Assembly: GCA_002633005.1 (NCBI GenBank)
Contig: NMRA01000227.1
Span: 179,863-243,862 of the forward strand
DNA: 64,000 nucleotides
Direction: 5' to 3'
DNA from: Phoronis australis
Lineage: Eukaryota; Animalia; Phoronida
Position numbers and translations under genes: made by a program. The notes under the pieces were generated by a model. The model worked only from the letters and a program-made list of their open reading frames with translations, was not told the DNA's origin and searched no databases. This document shows, piece after piece, positions 26,398-39,607 of the stretch; position 1 is the first letter of the stretch; each line of letters opens with the position of its first letter.

Positions 26398-27559
26398 GTG
26401 GTGTAATCAAGTTATTCAAACCTTGTAGTATTCTCCGGGTCCCATTGATGGACTACAGACACCAAGATTCCTCCAGGATCACCTTCCCCTCCCATCACAA
26501 CATTCAAGACTCTGAAGATGTTATCCAAGATTTCCCAAGAAAATCAATTATACTTCCAAAATCTTAAACACCCAATTAACCTGAACAAGATAGGAACATT
26601 CTGAAACATGTGTGCATCATTTGTTAGCAGGAAAAGTATATTATGGGCCATATTTCAAAAACAGGTAGGCCTACGTGTTTTTGAAAGTTACATCTTGGTG
26701 TTTTCCATGTGTGTTTCAGTATTATCACCAGTTGTTTTTTTTAACTTGTTCAGCCCCTTGGCTGCCTAGGTCTTGGACGGTACCGCTGACCCAGTAGAGA
26801 CGGTGATCATACCATATGCCGGATGCTTTTCGGCAAATTATGTTCCTATAAGTTTAGAAGTACCGTGTAGAGAGATGCCTCTGAGGAGGTCGTTAATGTT
26901 TTCATTTGTTCCCACTTTATACAAATACTCCTGCAATTCTGTTTTTCAGGCACTCCATTGTTCAGTTGCCACATCGACACTGCTTGCGCTAAGGGATAAT
27001 CATATGGCGTTATACTGTGGGTGTGATTTTAAAGCACTTTATGTCAAAAATTTTTGAGAAGGTTAAATGGAGTAGATGGTTGCAAACAACATGCCCAAGT
27101 GGCCGTCATCCCCTACCGTAGTCCTGGGATAGGGGGGAACATCTTCTCAATTTTTTGTAAACATTAATTACTTAGGTAGCTGCAGTGATAATTAAATTAA
27201 AGTGTCTTAAGTGGCCATCATCACCGTTGTAATTTGAGGACGATGGAAGCCACTATCCTTTTCATCAAACGTCGATTAACTTAAGTGTAAATCGATTGAC
27301 TACTGTTTGAGCATCTGATTTAAAAAAAATTAAATTTCAATCACTGCACTGGTATATCAGCTGATTTATTTTCAGTTGCATCAACTAATCTAATTATTAG
27401 ACGATCAACATTTTTAGGCGACAGATCAGACGGCATATAAATTTGTTAGGCTGGTGGTGGATCAGTTCCTGATAAGTCCGTCTGAAAAAGTTGCATGCCA
27501 ACTCACTCATAGTTGAATGTTAAATTAGTGTTAACAGTTCGGGGTTTTTTCAGTTGGAC

Positions 27560-29043
27560 TTGTATCGCAAGCAACAGCTCAGTCCAGAGCCCTGAATATG
27601 CAAATGAAATTAAAAGATAAAGACTTTGTGTCTTAGAAGCCAAGTACCACAGATCATCATGCTATAAAAAATAGAAAGACAATGATTGTGAAGAGTAACG
27701 AATCCACGTATGCAGTTTTCAGAGATGTTTTTCTACAGTTTTGTTTGGAGTTCATTGAATCAATTGAAAGCTTCTAACACATGGAGATGTCATTTGCCTT
27801 TCAAAACTAAAGCAAGACTTTGAAGCTGTTCTTCAGAAAGCTGACGTGCATGAAGTTATTTGGACAGGCAATCTTAAGAAATATTGTTGAAGCTACTCAC
27901 TGTTGTAGTTTGTGCCCGACTAAGAGATACGAAAGTGAATTGAGGCTAGTGTTCAATAATTCACTTGCTGACTCTAATTAACACAGCCCATTATAACATA
28001 TTTTGAAACAAGGACTTAGTGTTTGACCCTTCATTGCCTGCGGGCCAATCATCAGTGTGCAGTGCTGTACCCTCTCTAATCGACCGTAGTTGGCTCCTTG
28101 GCGGTGGAGCTTTGCAGTTAAAATGTATGGCAATCCCCGCACCTCCAATGACAGTACTAAACGATGAACGCTGCAAGTGCAAAAAGAACATGTGTGCTGG
28201 GAAACTGAGTTTGTGCTGCAATGCTGGGTCAAGCTGTACAGAAATGTGCAGCTGTGACAACTGTAGTAACATCACCAACACTGACTGCATAAAATTGGAT
28301 AGTTCTTTGACAAGTCAACCCTAAATAGACCTCCAACCCCGTTATTTCGTTTTTTTTTTGTGTTAAAAAGTTAATTTTATTTGCTGATTAAGTCATAGAA
28401 AGTACATACTTTGATCATTGTCATGTATTTGTCTCATACTGCTTGATAAACACTGTCAGAATAATCTATTATTTTCATACAGTCTGTGTGCACATTCACA
28501 GAGATCATTCAACTATATTGTTTTTGTACTATAACGTATCTCTGGTGTATTATGCAAACAAGCTGTATTTTACACCATTAGTCAATGTTTTAGTCATTGA
28601 GGCACAAATTTTGCCCAGTCCCAAGTGTTTTGTGTTATTTTTGTTGCCAGACAATGCCAGAATAACTTCCTAGTAACATTCAGACTTAGTTTGCATTTTT
28701 GCCACTAGGTGTCTTTACATTTTTTAAATTTCACTGTTTACAATTAATCTACAATAGTAAAACATGTAATGCGAGTGTAATATTGTTCAATACAATGGCA
28801 CTGATGGGACCAAATTACTTGTTTTACAAAAAAAGTCACCAAAACTGTTGTTTTTACAAATATAAGTTTACCGTTCTTTGGTGATTATTAGGTAACTTCA
28901 AACTCAAATTTCTCAAAAATGTGCAACTTTATATGTGGGAACTTTTTAGATTTTGAAAACACTCTAATAAATGAATTAAAAAACACCAAAATAAAATTGC
29001 CCCTCTAAAGTACTCACAAAAACCATTTTCTAGAGGCGCCCTA
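27560..29043 (+). mobile_element. Degenerate DNA transposon 3' part with a Cys-rich CXC domain (Academ-like)
   Basis: ORF 28019-28324: W..PAPP..RCKCKKNMC..CCNAGSSCTEMCSCDNCSN; putative terminus ..GAGGCGCCCTA at 29043. Left boundary is approximate and the superfamily is inferred. Confidence 0.5.
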
Positions 29044-30259
29044 CAAATTCTGCCCCACTGACTATTTGGGCCAACATGGTTTGATATTTTCCGCCCATAT
29101 AACGAAAGGCGTTCAAATTTTACAAATACTCAATATTAACTGATGACTAAGTTTGTTTATAACGTTATAAATGCGTGGATGATGAGTTGAGTTGGAGCCA
29201 CAAACCTCGAGATCTGAGTCAAGTGAGTGCGATTTTGTTCCCAATGGATCTTCTGTGTAGTAATTACAGAGCGATTAGATCAACCCCAGATGTCAAATTT
29301 CTTTCTCACGAGCACCCGTTGTTATGACTGAGAAATTAGTCAAACGACTCACTGTGGATTATATTGTGTATGAATAAAACCCGAGGTGATTCGAAGAGAA
29401 AAATACTTGTGTTCGGTATGATGTATTAAAATCTACTGGTGTGATAGTATAAAAGAACATGCAAGTGAAGAACCTCAAGTGAACCTATTCGACCAATCAA
29501 GTGCGCCAAATATAAAACTAACCAATGGGGAAGATTAGCTTGGGCTGGGATGTTTTGTAAATACATGTACAGGAAACACCTAAGCTAAATATGTGTCAAG
29601 AGGTAACAATTAATAACTTTAAACTGAACATGTACAGTAAATACCTAAGCTAATTAACCTTGAAAACCTGTCATAAACACATTCCAATACACACAAACAC
29701 TGCCAAATACAAGTAAAGACGGCGGGTTGGTCTTGAGAGAGATGGTCAGTTAAGCAGACATTTTAATATGATGACCGTCGCAATATATAAGTGTTGTTGT
29801 GTACAATTGGTGTTGAAAGGAAGCCTGTGATCGCGTTAGAATAGAAAAGAAGTGCCTTAATTATTACAGATTCTCCGTAAAACGTACAGTTGTCCATATC
29901 CGAAATACAATAATGAAATGTGCTAATTAAGAGAATATACCTGACCTAACAACTAGACTTTAAACAAGCTAAACAACTGAGAAAAACTAAACTGGGTAAT
30001 GAACGCAACCAGTACAGTGGTGGATCTAGGATATCACAAGGGGGGAGCCAACATTTTTGTCTGTAACGGTGCATTCATTGCGCAAAGCACGATTGTAGAT
30101 GCGCATAGCACCGAATGGGGGCTTGGCCCCCTCCCGCCCAGGAAATTTTTCTGTTTTTTCCTTTAAAAATCAAGCATTTTCCTTCATTCCTGAAGTATTA
30201 CCCAAGGGAAAAGGAAAAAAAACGGAGAACGTGTCAAACAGGAAAACTGCAAATACCAC

Positions 30260-30318
30260 AGACTCGAACTCACGACCTGTCGGATAGAGAGTGCGTGCTT
30301 TACCACTCCACCACCACG
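30260..30318 (-). mobile_element. tRNA-like SINE head or pseudo-tRNA
   Basis: Minus strand GGTGGTGGAGTGGTAAAGCAC..GGTCGTGAGTTCGAGTC has A and B boxes but no complete acceptor stem. Confidence 0.5.
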
Positions 30319-30994
30319 ATTTAACTCCTACGTTACTAAGAGACCTACTTGTTTATGTTCCGTGCGAAATCTAATTCTTATTGTAAGAGGGGGGGTTCAC
30401 TCTGAAAATATATTGTCAAAGTTTGCATTGTGAATTGCTGAGTCTTCGTGATTCATCGGCAAAACGCGCGGGGATTAATTGTGCGCGCGCTTCCGTCGAC
30501 ACTTATGAAGTAGCCAAGCATAGATGGATTCACCGCTGAAAGAGCAGTTCTATAGCTGATTTCTTTAGGTAACTAGCTTCTTTACTCTTAGATATATTTT
30601 GATTTGATTAGGGGAAATACTGCGATGCCGCAACCCTGATATTCAGGCGAATTGACGTGCAACGTTTTTACCTCATCTGTCAAGCCGTGTCATTCTATTA
30701 GGCCTACACTCCACACGTTTGTAACTGATGTATAGTAAAGTTGTCTTGCGCAATATCATACAATGTACATGTAATATTGTGTACATGTACATGTAATATT
30801 TTTGAAAAAAATTCTTTTTCCGAAGAATTGCTATTGTGGCGGGCGCCGTGGTCTGGTCGCGCGTCCGTTTGAAGATACACTCTAACAAGTGATGTCTATA
30901 CAAGGAATGACCAAGGGGGCACTCACATTGAGAAAGTGACCGTATTCGCGAAAAGTGTACAGTACCAGAAATTGCGGGGAGGCTGTTCTTTCAC

Positions 30995-31545
30995 AACAAA
31001 ATCTTGCGGGACTCGTGCGATGTTCAATAGGCCTCCTCAGGAGCCCTAGTTCCGACCTCAACACCTACCGTCTTTCTACCTGCAACAAGCACACTGCCGT
31101 CTTCTATACTGGGAATTTCCGCAGAAAGGCCCACCCGATGAAACGCTCATGCCCATGGCATTTATTTGATATTAGTACTTCGGGTTTCAAGCGTTCAGAC
31201 ATTGGGACGTTTATTTCGAAAATTGCAAGAGATGCAAATAGGTCCTGGGATACTTCATCAAGGTTTGAAGCAGTCCATGATGAACGGATCAAATTTAGTT
31301 GCGCATGTAAGTCTTTTGAATGGACTTGGCAACCTCAAGGGTTTTAGTGTCAACTGAGCTGCGAAACGAGATGCTGACATTGTAGAGGCTTACAAGCTCA
31401 TTGACACAGCAGTTGACGAAGTGCAAGCTTTGGGAACAAACATCGGAGATATCTGGGTAGAATGGTTCCAAGACGAGCAAACCATTGGATCCGATATACA
31501 AATTCCTCGGCAGTCTAGACAACAGAAGGATAGGACTAACGTATG
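30995..31545 (+). pseudogene. hAT transposase fragment (ZMYM1/PRKRIR-like type)
   Basis: Hand translation: WDTSSR..; LLNGLGNLKGFSVN*AAKRDADIVEAYKLIDTAVDEVQALGTNIGDIWVEWFQ..IPRQSRQQKDRTNV resembles the hAT insertion-domain region; contains stops and frameshifts. Confidence 0.6.
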
Positions 31546-33650
31546 AGTAACCACTGGGGATTAAAATTTTAGAGAGAAGTTTTCAATTCAATTTTTTTGC
31601 ATAGTACACTTTAGGTCTCGCGACGGACCAGGCCAGCTTAATTTGTGTAGATGTTGAGTTTCAGTGCACTTCTGGTCCCTCGGCGAACTAGTCTTGTGAT
31701 TTTTTACCAAAGTGTGTTTGTAAAACTATTTATCTCAGCCAGTACTGTTTGGTCCCGCGACAGAGCGACTATTTTTATAGGGATAATAAGCGCAGGTGTA
31801 CTCTTGGTCTCGTGACGGACCAGGTCAGCTTTCTGTGTACTCTCAGTGTACATCTGGTCCCTCTGCAAACTAGTCGAGTGTATCTTTTCACCACTGTGCA
31901 CAGGATGTTTTGGTTTCGTGAAACTCAGTGTTTTCAGATGATTTGTTTCCTGATAGATTTGACGTTTTTCAATTGTTGTCAACGTGATTCAGCTTAATAA
32001 AGTGATACCTAATTATTTATTGTCGCTTTTAATAATAGATTATAAGTTGAGAGCACCATCGTTCGCCAGTTTTTCTCGTAACGAGACAGAACACATGTTT
32101 ATTTCCGGACTAACAGTACAGTCTTCGTTCTTAAACAACTTGAGGCTGCTGTTACGCGATCATCTGATATTCAAGTTTTTACGCCCCGTCGGTGCTCCTT
32201 ATGCTCTTGAATATTTGGAAATTGTCTAAACCCCTGTATACACACTACACTTTTTCGTATACGACTTTTCTTATGCTAAAAAAGGTGCGTGTAAGCAGAT
32301 GTTCCAACAAAAGTTTTTGATGGTGGCGTGACTCATACCCAGATGTGCGCAATATGGTTTCACGAAACTTGTGAGCCAAGTTCATGTGACGAAATCGAGA
32401 AGGGTTTTTAATTATCTTAACTCCAGAGAAATGTTAAGTGCCAGAAACTTACCAGGATGCAGGAAATATCACTATTTGGCTACAAAAACAAAAAAATATC
32501 TTACACGGGAGGGGAAACCCCCCTCCCGACCGCNACAGCATCGTGTATTTTTTAGTTCATTCGTATCGCAAGCGAAAGAACCTTGGTGGCATTTTACAAA
32601 AAAAACAGAGATAGGATAGATAAAAGACACTAGTACTAAATATAAAATACAAAACACTAAAATTACAATTCGAGGCTCAGTCCCCGTCGTCATCGTTCTC
32701 AGTTATTTTAGTTTGGTTCAATTAGAATTGTCCAAGCCTTCAAAACCACAGTTTTAAAAGTAAAACTTAATTTTGAAAGATAAAGTTAAAGCCAAAATTG
32801 TAAAGTTGAGATTCTTATCGGATAGAAACTAGATCTGATGGAATCGGAAGTCATCTGCCCGAGAGGCCCGTTAAATACTCTATGCCAAGAACGCCAAAAT
32901 TGGCGCTAATTTAGAGGTATGAATTTTAAGGCAAAAACCAATAAAAATAGAAAATGACGTTTCGTCATGATAAAAAGTACCAAATATGGGTTTTTGGTAA
33001 TAGACGACCCTTGTACAATGAAATGGGCCAGTTCTTGAAAAAATGAGAAATATGTTCGTTCTCTCGGCACTTCCCGGCAGTAGACCACGACGGCGTTCTG
33101 TCGTTCAGCAACTTTTCCACACGTAAGGGGTTCTGAACGTGCGATAACACCTGGCTCCTAACTGCCCAGCCTAGTCTTTTGTCCCGTATGACAACAAGAA
33201 GGCCAATTATCTCCCAGGCTTCAAAGGGTTACTGAAACCTGGCAGAATGGATTGTCTTAACTTCTGTTGTAGTTGGGCGATTTTGGTGATTCAAAAACTA
33301 AACATGATCAGCATTTGACAAGGAATTCAGAAATGCTATTGGTTTTATGTTCAGATATGTTATAACTTTCATTTTTAGCAGCACAGCCCAGTCAGGCTAG
33401 ATACGATCTGATCGGAGATTAGAGCAATTATCGAACAAAAGAGAGCCGGCCCTCCAACCAAATGCCAGAATGGAGTTAATCAGTCGTGTAATTGGCTACA
33501 GGGGTAAACTTCCCAACTTGTTGTTGGGCTAAAGAATCGAACAAGTTGGGAGCAACGGGAAAACGCCGTAATGCCGTCGGACGGCGTGACGCCAGATATT
33601 AGAGGGGTTTCGCTAAGCGACCTCGAAATGGAATTATGACGCATACTTAA

Positions 33651-34993
33651 AGGCGGAGGCAACCTTTTTTCATGTCATTTTTAGAAAAAATAAGGTTCGT
33701 TGATTATCCCAGACATATTTTTCACTTATTTACTGCTTTTCGTAATTTAATTAATTACTCGTCGTCTACTCCGGAAGTGACGTTTTGGGAGGCAAGAATT
33801 TCGCGCCAATTTCTTTTCATACAGTCTGACTGTGAGAGCTGTCGTGTCAGTCATTGTTCTACCTCGGTTGTGATAAGTACGGTCGTCGTTTGCTTTTGCT
33901 TACGAGTCAGTCAACACGCCACGCTGTTGCTGTGTACTGGGGTGTACTCATTATCGTCTCGAGTACAGACTGGGAAGAACTGTCCCACTTGCCCGAGTGT
34001 CCCGCGACACACTCCCACTGGAGGGTGATCTGAGCAACCAAACTGCTTACATCCCGCCGTGTGACTCCCTCGTCACACACCTGGCACCTTCCAAATAGCT
34101 CCAATACAAGTCTACAATAAACTTATCAAACTTAGGCTCACCGATCTGTTCATTGGATGACGAACTGTCGTCTTCACTGGGTGTCGAACTGGGCCTGTAT
34201 TCACTCCCACTACTCAACATCGCTGAAGGGCTGCTTACAAGTTCTGGGCTAGAGACAACAGCACAGGGCGAATCACTGCTAGTTCCCGGAATTGCACGCA
34301 ATTGGGTACGTTCGGAGGCACGGGTGACAGTAGATGAAGTGCCTCCAGTCACTGTATATAGTGGCCACAGCTCGCGAGGCTTCTCGTTTCAAAAACGCAC
34401 TTCTCGGGGTTGGCGACGGGGCACTGCCGGGAATCAACAGGTATGGTGCCCCTTCTTTCAAGCGTTGTTTCGCAGGGACCTTTATCAATTCAGCGTACAT
34501 ATCTGTCATATATAATCTTACCGCAGGAAATGCTTCAGTGCACCACACTCGGTAACCCTCCACTGCTTTGTACGTTGCGTGGACGGGTAGCGCTGCGTTC
34601 TTCACATGAACGAGCTAGCCAAGTACGGCGAAGTGTGTCATCCTTCGGAAAGCGACGCAAGGTACCCAAAACGCGTGTGAGACGATAATGAGTACATCCC
34701 GGCACGCAGCAACAGCGTGGCATGTTGACTGACTTGTAAACAAAAGCAAACGACGACCGAACTTATCACAACCGAGGTAGAACAACGACCGACTCGACAG
34801 CTCTCCAGCACAGTCAGACTATAACGAAAAGAAATTGGCGCGAAACTCTTGCCTCCCAAAACGTCACTTCCGTAGTAGAGGTCGAGAAATTAATCAAATT
34901 AAGAAAAGCTGTAATTAAGTGAAAAATGTGTCTGGAATAATCAACGAACCTTATTTTCGCTAAAAGTGACATGAAAAAAGGTTGCCTTCGCCT
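33651..34993 (-). mobile_element. Kolobok-like non-autonomous DNA transposon with degenerate THAP/zinc-motif transposase 5' part and ~310-bp TIRs
   Basis: TTAA TSD (33647-50, 34994-97); termini AGGCG..CGCCT; inverted arms 33651-33960 and 34679-34993. THAP-like MPRCCCVPGC..FPKD..W..RVWCTEAF..LKEGA(P) is frameshifted. Downstream KFIV..LFGRCQVC..WECVAGHSGKWDSSQ. Confidence 0.8.
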
Positions 34994-37341
34994 TTAATTG
35001 CGCGTCCCGCGCCGATTCACGTTACAAAAATGGGTTTTGCACTAACAGGCAAATTTTTACGTGAACGTGAAAGTAGTGAACTGATCTGAGCTTAGGGGTC
35101 TCCAGTTATCGTAATACATGTGCGCTTGATAGACTAAGTTGAATGTGCGTTTTTACCCCTCCTGCAAAGAATGGTCATTGGATCGAATGCGAAATTTATT
35201 TGCAGATTAAAATCTGATGCATGTAAAAAATCACAGCCCGCAACGCAAAATTATTGTGTACTAACTTCATATCCAACGAACCCCGGCAGAATAAGGATTT
35301 TGGAAAAAGTAGGCCCCTTGAGAATCCTATCAAAAGATGTCTCACCAAATAAGAATTAAAAACGGGAGGTTAGTTCCGTTCGCGTTTCAAAGCGATGCGA
35401 ATTTCCTTCGCGTATCATCGCTCAAACACTCGATCGGGATTACACAGCCAACACTGGCATGTATGACGGGGTGTTATAAATGCGTAAAAATTCACGTTCA
35501 CGTCGCTTTGCGAAACATCAAGTGGGTACTTTCAGACGAAAAAAAAACCCCGGTAGGACCTATTATCTTCGCCGGGGCAGCCGGGCTGTCGAACGATATG
35601 CGCCAAACGACCATTTATTTTCTGGTTTTTATAACTTCTGTTTCCTATTCCCTTAAATCGTCTCATTTATGAACTGCCTTTGGACGGACTCACGAGATTT
35701 TCGCTACATGTTGTTTGGAAGTTCTTGGACGAGTCAACTCGTCTGTCGTACTGAGGCACAAGTACTGAGGTGCAAGTCAGCTGGCGGATAACATAGTTGC
35801 AAGCAGCGACAATCACACACCAGGAGGCAGTGTGCAGCATGTCGTAAAAGCGTGTCGTAAAGTGACAACTAAAATTCGTGGCGTTCGCTCATTTGTTGAC
35901 ATTTGCATCAACAACTTTTTACCTATTCTACCAGCTTACTTGTTGTGTAAACTTCAGTACAGCGTTATGACGTGTACGCAGTATTTCGGTAAGTATGTAT
36001 CCTTACCTGCTCCATCACCCCTTTTCCAAACATTTACATTCACGCCTCATAGTCTGTTACTGTTACTACTATTAGTATTAGTGCACAGTAGGACAGGTAC
36101 GTGAACTTGGAATAACGCTTAAAAAGTTAATCTCAAGAGTGTTGCATGAACTTGGAATGCGCGAGGCAACTTGACAAGTTCGCTCAAATAATCACGTTAA
36201 TGTTCATGAAAATTTGCACTGCACTAAATCAAGTTACATTTGAATAAGAATAAAATAATGTTAGTTGTAACCAACCTTTTCAACTAAGGGCGATCAGTTT
36301 CACCAAACAATTACTGATTTAGCCATTCACATATTCCTCCGGTTCAGCGACACGAGTTACGGCAAAGGAGAAAATGGTTGATCGCGAGGTCAATAATTAC
36401 AAAAATTCTTTTCACCAAACAAAAATTTCATCTTTTTGCCTTTTAAAAAATATTCAATAACAAGTTCACGCAACACTCACTTCCCGCGCTTAATCATGCA
36501 CAGCAAACTCAGTCACATCATAGACTATATATAGTACTTGGACCGCCAACTCCGTATACTTTCAATGGACGAAATCTGTGATCTTATGCATAAGCCCTTG
36601 CGTCATTATTCACTGGCGACACCTGGCTAAATTTTCTGGTGCAGTTTCCAGCAAGTACGTCATCCGCTAATCATGGTGGGCTACTGTGTGGCCGGTTGTT
36701 TGGCCACACACGTGAAATGCAAAGGAATTAGCTTCCATACCATCTGAAGACCTCATAATCGGCTGTGGGAAGAAAAGCATACTTCTTGTGTCAACGTGAA
36801 TGGCAGTTGTTTCAGCAATAAGACTTTATACATTTGTTCAAGGCACTTCGAAGATGCATGTTTTTTAAGAGGCTCTACTACTTAATCCTGTCCTCACAAA
36901 TCCATTTTTCTTTTCTCCGTTTTGGTGAAAACTATCTGGTAAACTTTTTAAGAAAATTGTCCGCTAAATTTCTTTCAAAGGTAGTGACTCATGGACTCCT
37001 GTCCTTACGAGGAACTTCAGTCATGGTCTAGTGTGCGAATTAACCAAATTACTCTTCGCTGGCCTTGATCAGACAGTTGGTCTCAGCAGAATGCGCACAT
37101 TTGGTCAGGATTTGGATCAGCGATTTCAACAAATTCACATTCGTGTACAAATAAATAGAACGCCGGTAAAACCTTTAACGTAAATAAAGATAACATTAAT
37201 ACTTCAGAAATAACCACCTGGACCGGTCAAACTCTATCTCGCAATTCAACAGCAGGTTATACAATTTATGCTGCACAAAATCTCACCAACTTCTTTGAAA
37301 ACATGGTACAGGAACACCAGAGGGGTGTGAAGGTTGTTTTT

Positions 37342-37661
37342 TAGATAAGTATTTGACCTTTTTCGAGCTTTATTTCAACGATTCAGTGCGTCTTGGAATG
37401 AAGACAATCTACAACAAAGAGAAGGATAGCCTTCACTAAAATGGCTCCTTTTACTTGCATTTTAATTATCCGTAATTAGCGAGCAACGTAGTGGAAATGC
37501 TGCTAAAACACTTAAATCTGATATCTAGCTTATACCTCTAAAAATGTCCATACAATGTCCAGAGAGAGAGAATGCTTTAATTTAGCGAGACTCGTTAGTT
37601 GTGGAATCCACTTCCTGTCCGTGACTAGTGACCTCTATTGGGTAAAGGTGAATATTCTATA
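37342..37661 (-). repeat. 3' LTR (320 bp)
   Basis: Direct repeat of 42662-42981; adjacent PPT; TATAAG and AATAAA on the element strand. Confidence 0.88.
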
Positions 37662-37709
37662 TCTCCCCCAGGTCATTAAGTAAGGAATGACTGACAAAAT
37701 ATTGGCTAC

Positions 37710-39607
37710 TCAAGGGGATACATAGTCTCTGAGCCAGGAGGGTTTGGATTTGGGTCTGACGGATCGGCGTAATTGGGCTGGCGTCGATGGTTCTCCCTGG
37801 CACGGTTCTTGTGGATCTTTATGGTCATGGTCATCTGCCGTCGAAGGGTCATCGTCAGCTGCTGACGAAGGGTCATCACTGGCATGTGCTGGCTGTGGCA
37901 CGTCGGGTGATGGCTCCACTTGTGAAGGTTTTCGAGGGAGTGTCGCAGCGGGCAATGCTGGAGACGAGTCATATGTGCTTGAAGATTTGGGCAGACTAAA
38001 TTGCCGGCGGTCAAGGAGATCATCCTCTACAGATCGGCTGGGCGGAGGCNTCGTCAGCTGCTGACGAAGGGTCATCACTGGCATGTGCTGGCTGTGGCGC
38101 GTCGGGTGATGGCTCCACTTGTGAGGGTTTTCGAGGGAGTGTCGCAGCGGGCAATGCTGGAGACGAGTCATATGTGCTTGAAGATTTGGACAGACTAAAT
38201 TGCCGGCGGTCAAGGAGATCATCCTCTACAGATCGGCTGGGCGGAGGCGAATAGACGGGCGTATATTTCCGGAGAAACTGTCTGTTCCGTAAAGTGACTC
38301 TCCCAGATCCGTGAATGCGAACGACATGCTGGTCGAATTGGCGCACTTCGATGACGCGTCCAGTTTTGTCCCAATGACGAGGGTGGTAGCCCATTTGATT
38401 CTGCACACGGACATAATCGCCAACAACAAGGGGTGGGAGCCGCTTTGTGTGTGCCATGAGTCGTTCGCTTGTTCTCAGGTGACGGTGTCGCAGGGCAGTT
38501 TCTCGTTTCGATAGGGTATCTCGCCACGTCTCATGAGGTTTGTATCGACCGGGAGATATAGGGATGAAATCTCTGATGGCATGACCAAAGACGCACATGG
38601 CAGGTGACATCTTGGTGTCGGGCGCAGGAGTATTGCGATACTGGAGGACAGCGCGTTGTACCGCATCGGTGTCGAGGTCTCCCGATGGACTGGTGTGGTC
38701 AGTGATGAGGCGCTTCATGGTTTTCACTCCTACCTCAGCTCTGCAGTTACTATGCGGAAACGCCACAGAGGATATTCGATGATGAACAACCCACGTCTTA
38801 AGGAAGTCGCGTGTTGCTGAGGCTGTAAATTCGGGGCCACCATCGCTTGCGAGCTCGTCGGGGATGCCAAATGTCACAAAGCAGCGGCGAAGACTGTCGA
38901 CAAAACCAAGTGCTCCATGTTTGGCACGTTCTATGATAGGCCAGTTAGAGTAGCGGTCCACGATTACTAGGTATGCAACGCCCCGGTATGAGAAGAAGTC
39001 GGCACAAAGGCACTGAAATGGATACTCCACCATGAGTGGGGGTGTTGGAGGTGCACGAGGTTGGGATGGCGCCATACGGTTGCAGTGGCCGCAACGGTTT
39101 CTCATGTCGGCAATGTCGTTGGTGATGCCTGGCCAGAAGACTGATGTTTCAGCACGAGATAACATAGACGACACCCCTTGATGAGCTGAGTGTAAAGTTT
39201 CCAGGACTGTTTGCCTGAGGCTTGGAGGCACCACAATGCGGTCGTGGTACAGGATGACGCCATCAAGAGTGGAAAGATTGTCACGAAATCTGTAAAACTT
39301 GCGAATCGCGGTNGCAGTGGCCGCAACGGTTTCTCATGTCGGCAATGTCGTTGGTGATGCCTGGCCAGAAGACTGATGTTTCAGCACGAAATAACATAGA
39401 CGACACCCCTTGATGAGCTGAGTGTAAAGTTTCCAGGACTGTTTGCCTGAGGCTAGGAGGCACCACGATGCGGTCGTGGTACAGGATGACGCCATCAAGA
39501 GTGGAAAGATTGTCACGAAATCTGTAAAACTTGCAAATCGCGGTGGGTAGAGAGTGGTGTGTATCGGGGAACCCTGATTCCACATATTCCGTGAGTTGCA
39601 TCATCAT
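37710..39607 (-). CDS. Gypsy integrase region (HHCC zinc finger plus DDE core), broken by single-N assembly joins
   Basis: LHSAHQG..CGHC, CADFF..VDRYSNW, SDGGPEF, SNCRAEVGVK, YRNTP; overlapping duplicated segments flank N at 38050 and 39313. Confidence 0.88.

Noticed and set aside
37299-37320. Possible + strand LTR end plus PBS (AACA-TGGTACAGGA)
   Set aside because: No matching second LTR or + strand gag was found; likely chance.
37444-37482. Hairpin microinversion as the explanation of the LTR mismatch tract
   Set aside because: The reverse complement does not match the other LTR, only the unreversed complement does, and there are no flanking inverted repeats.
37852-39544. Internal tandem duplications in the integrase
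   Set aside because: Each duplication is joined at a single N (38050, 39313), the signature of overlapping contig ends.
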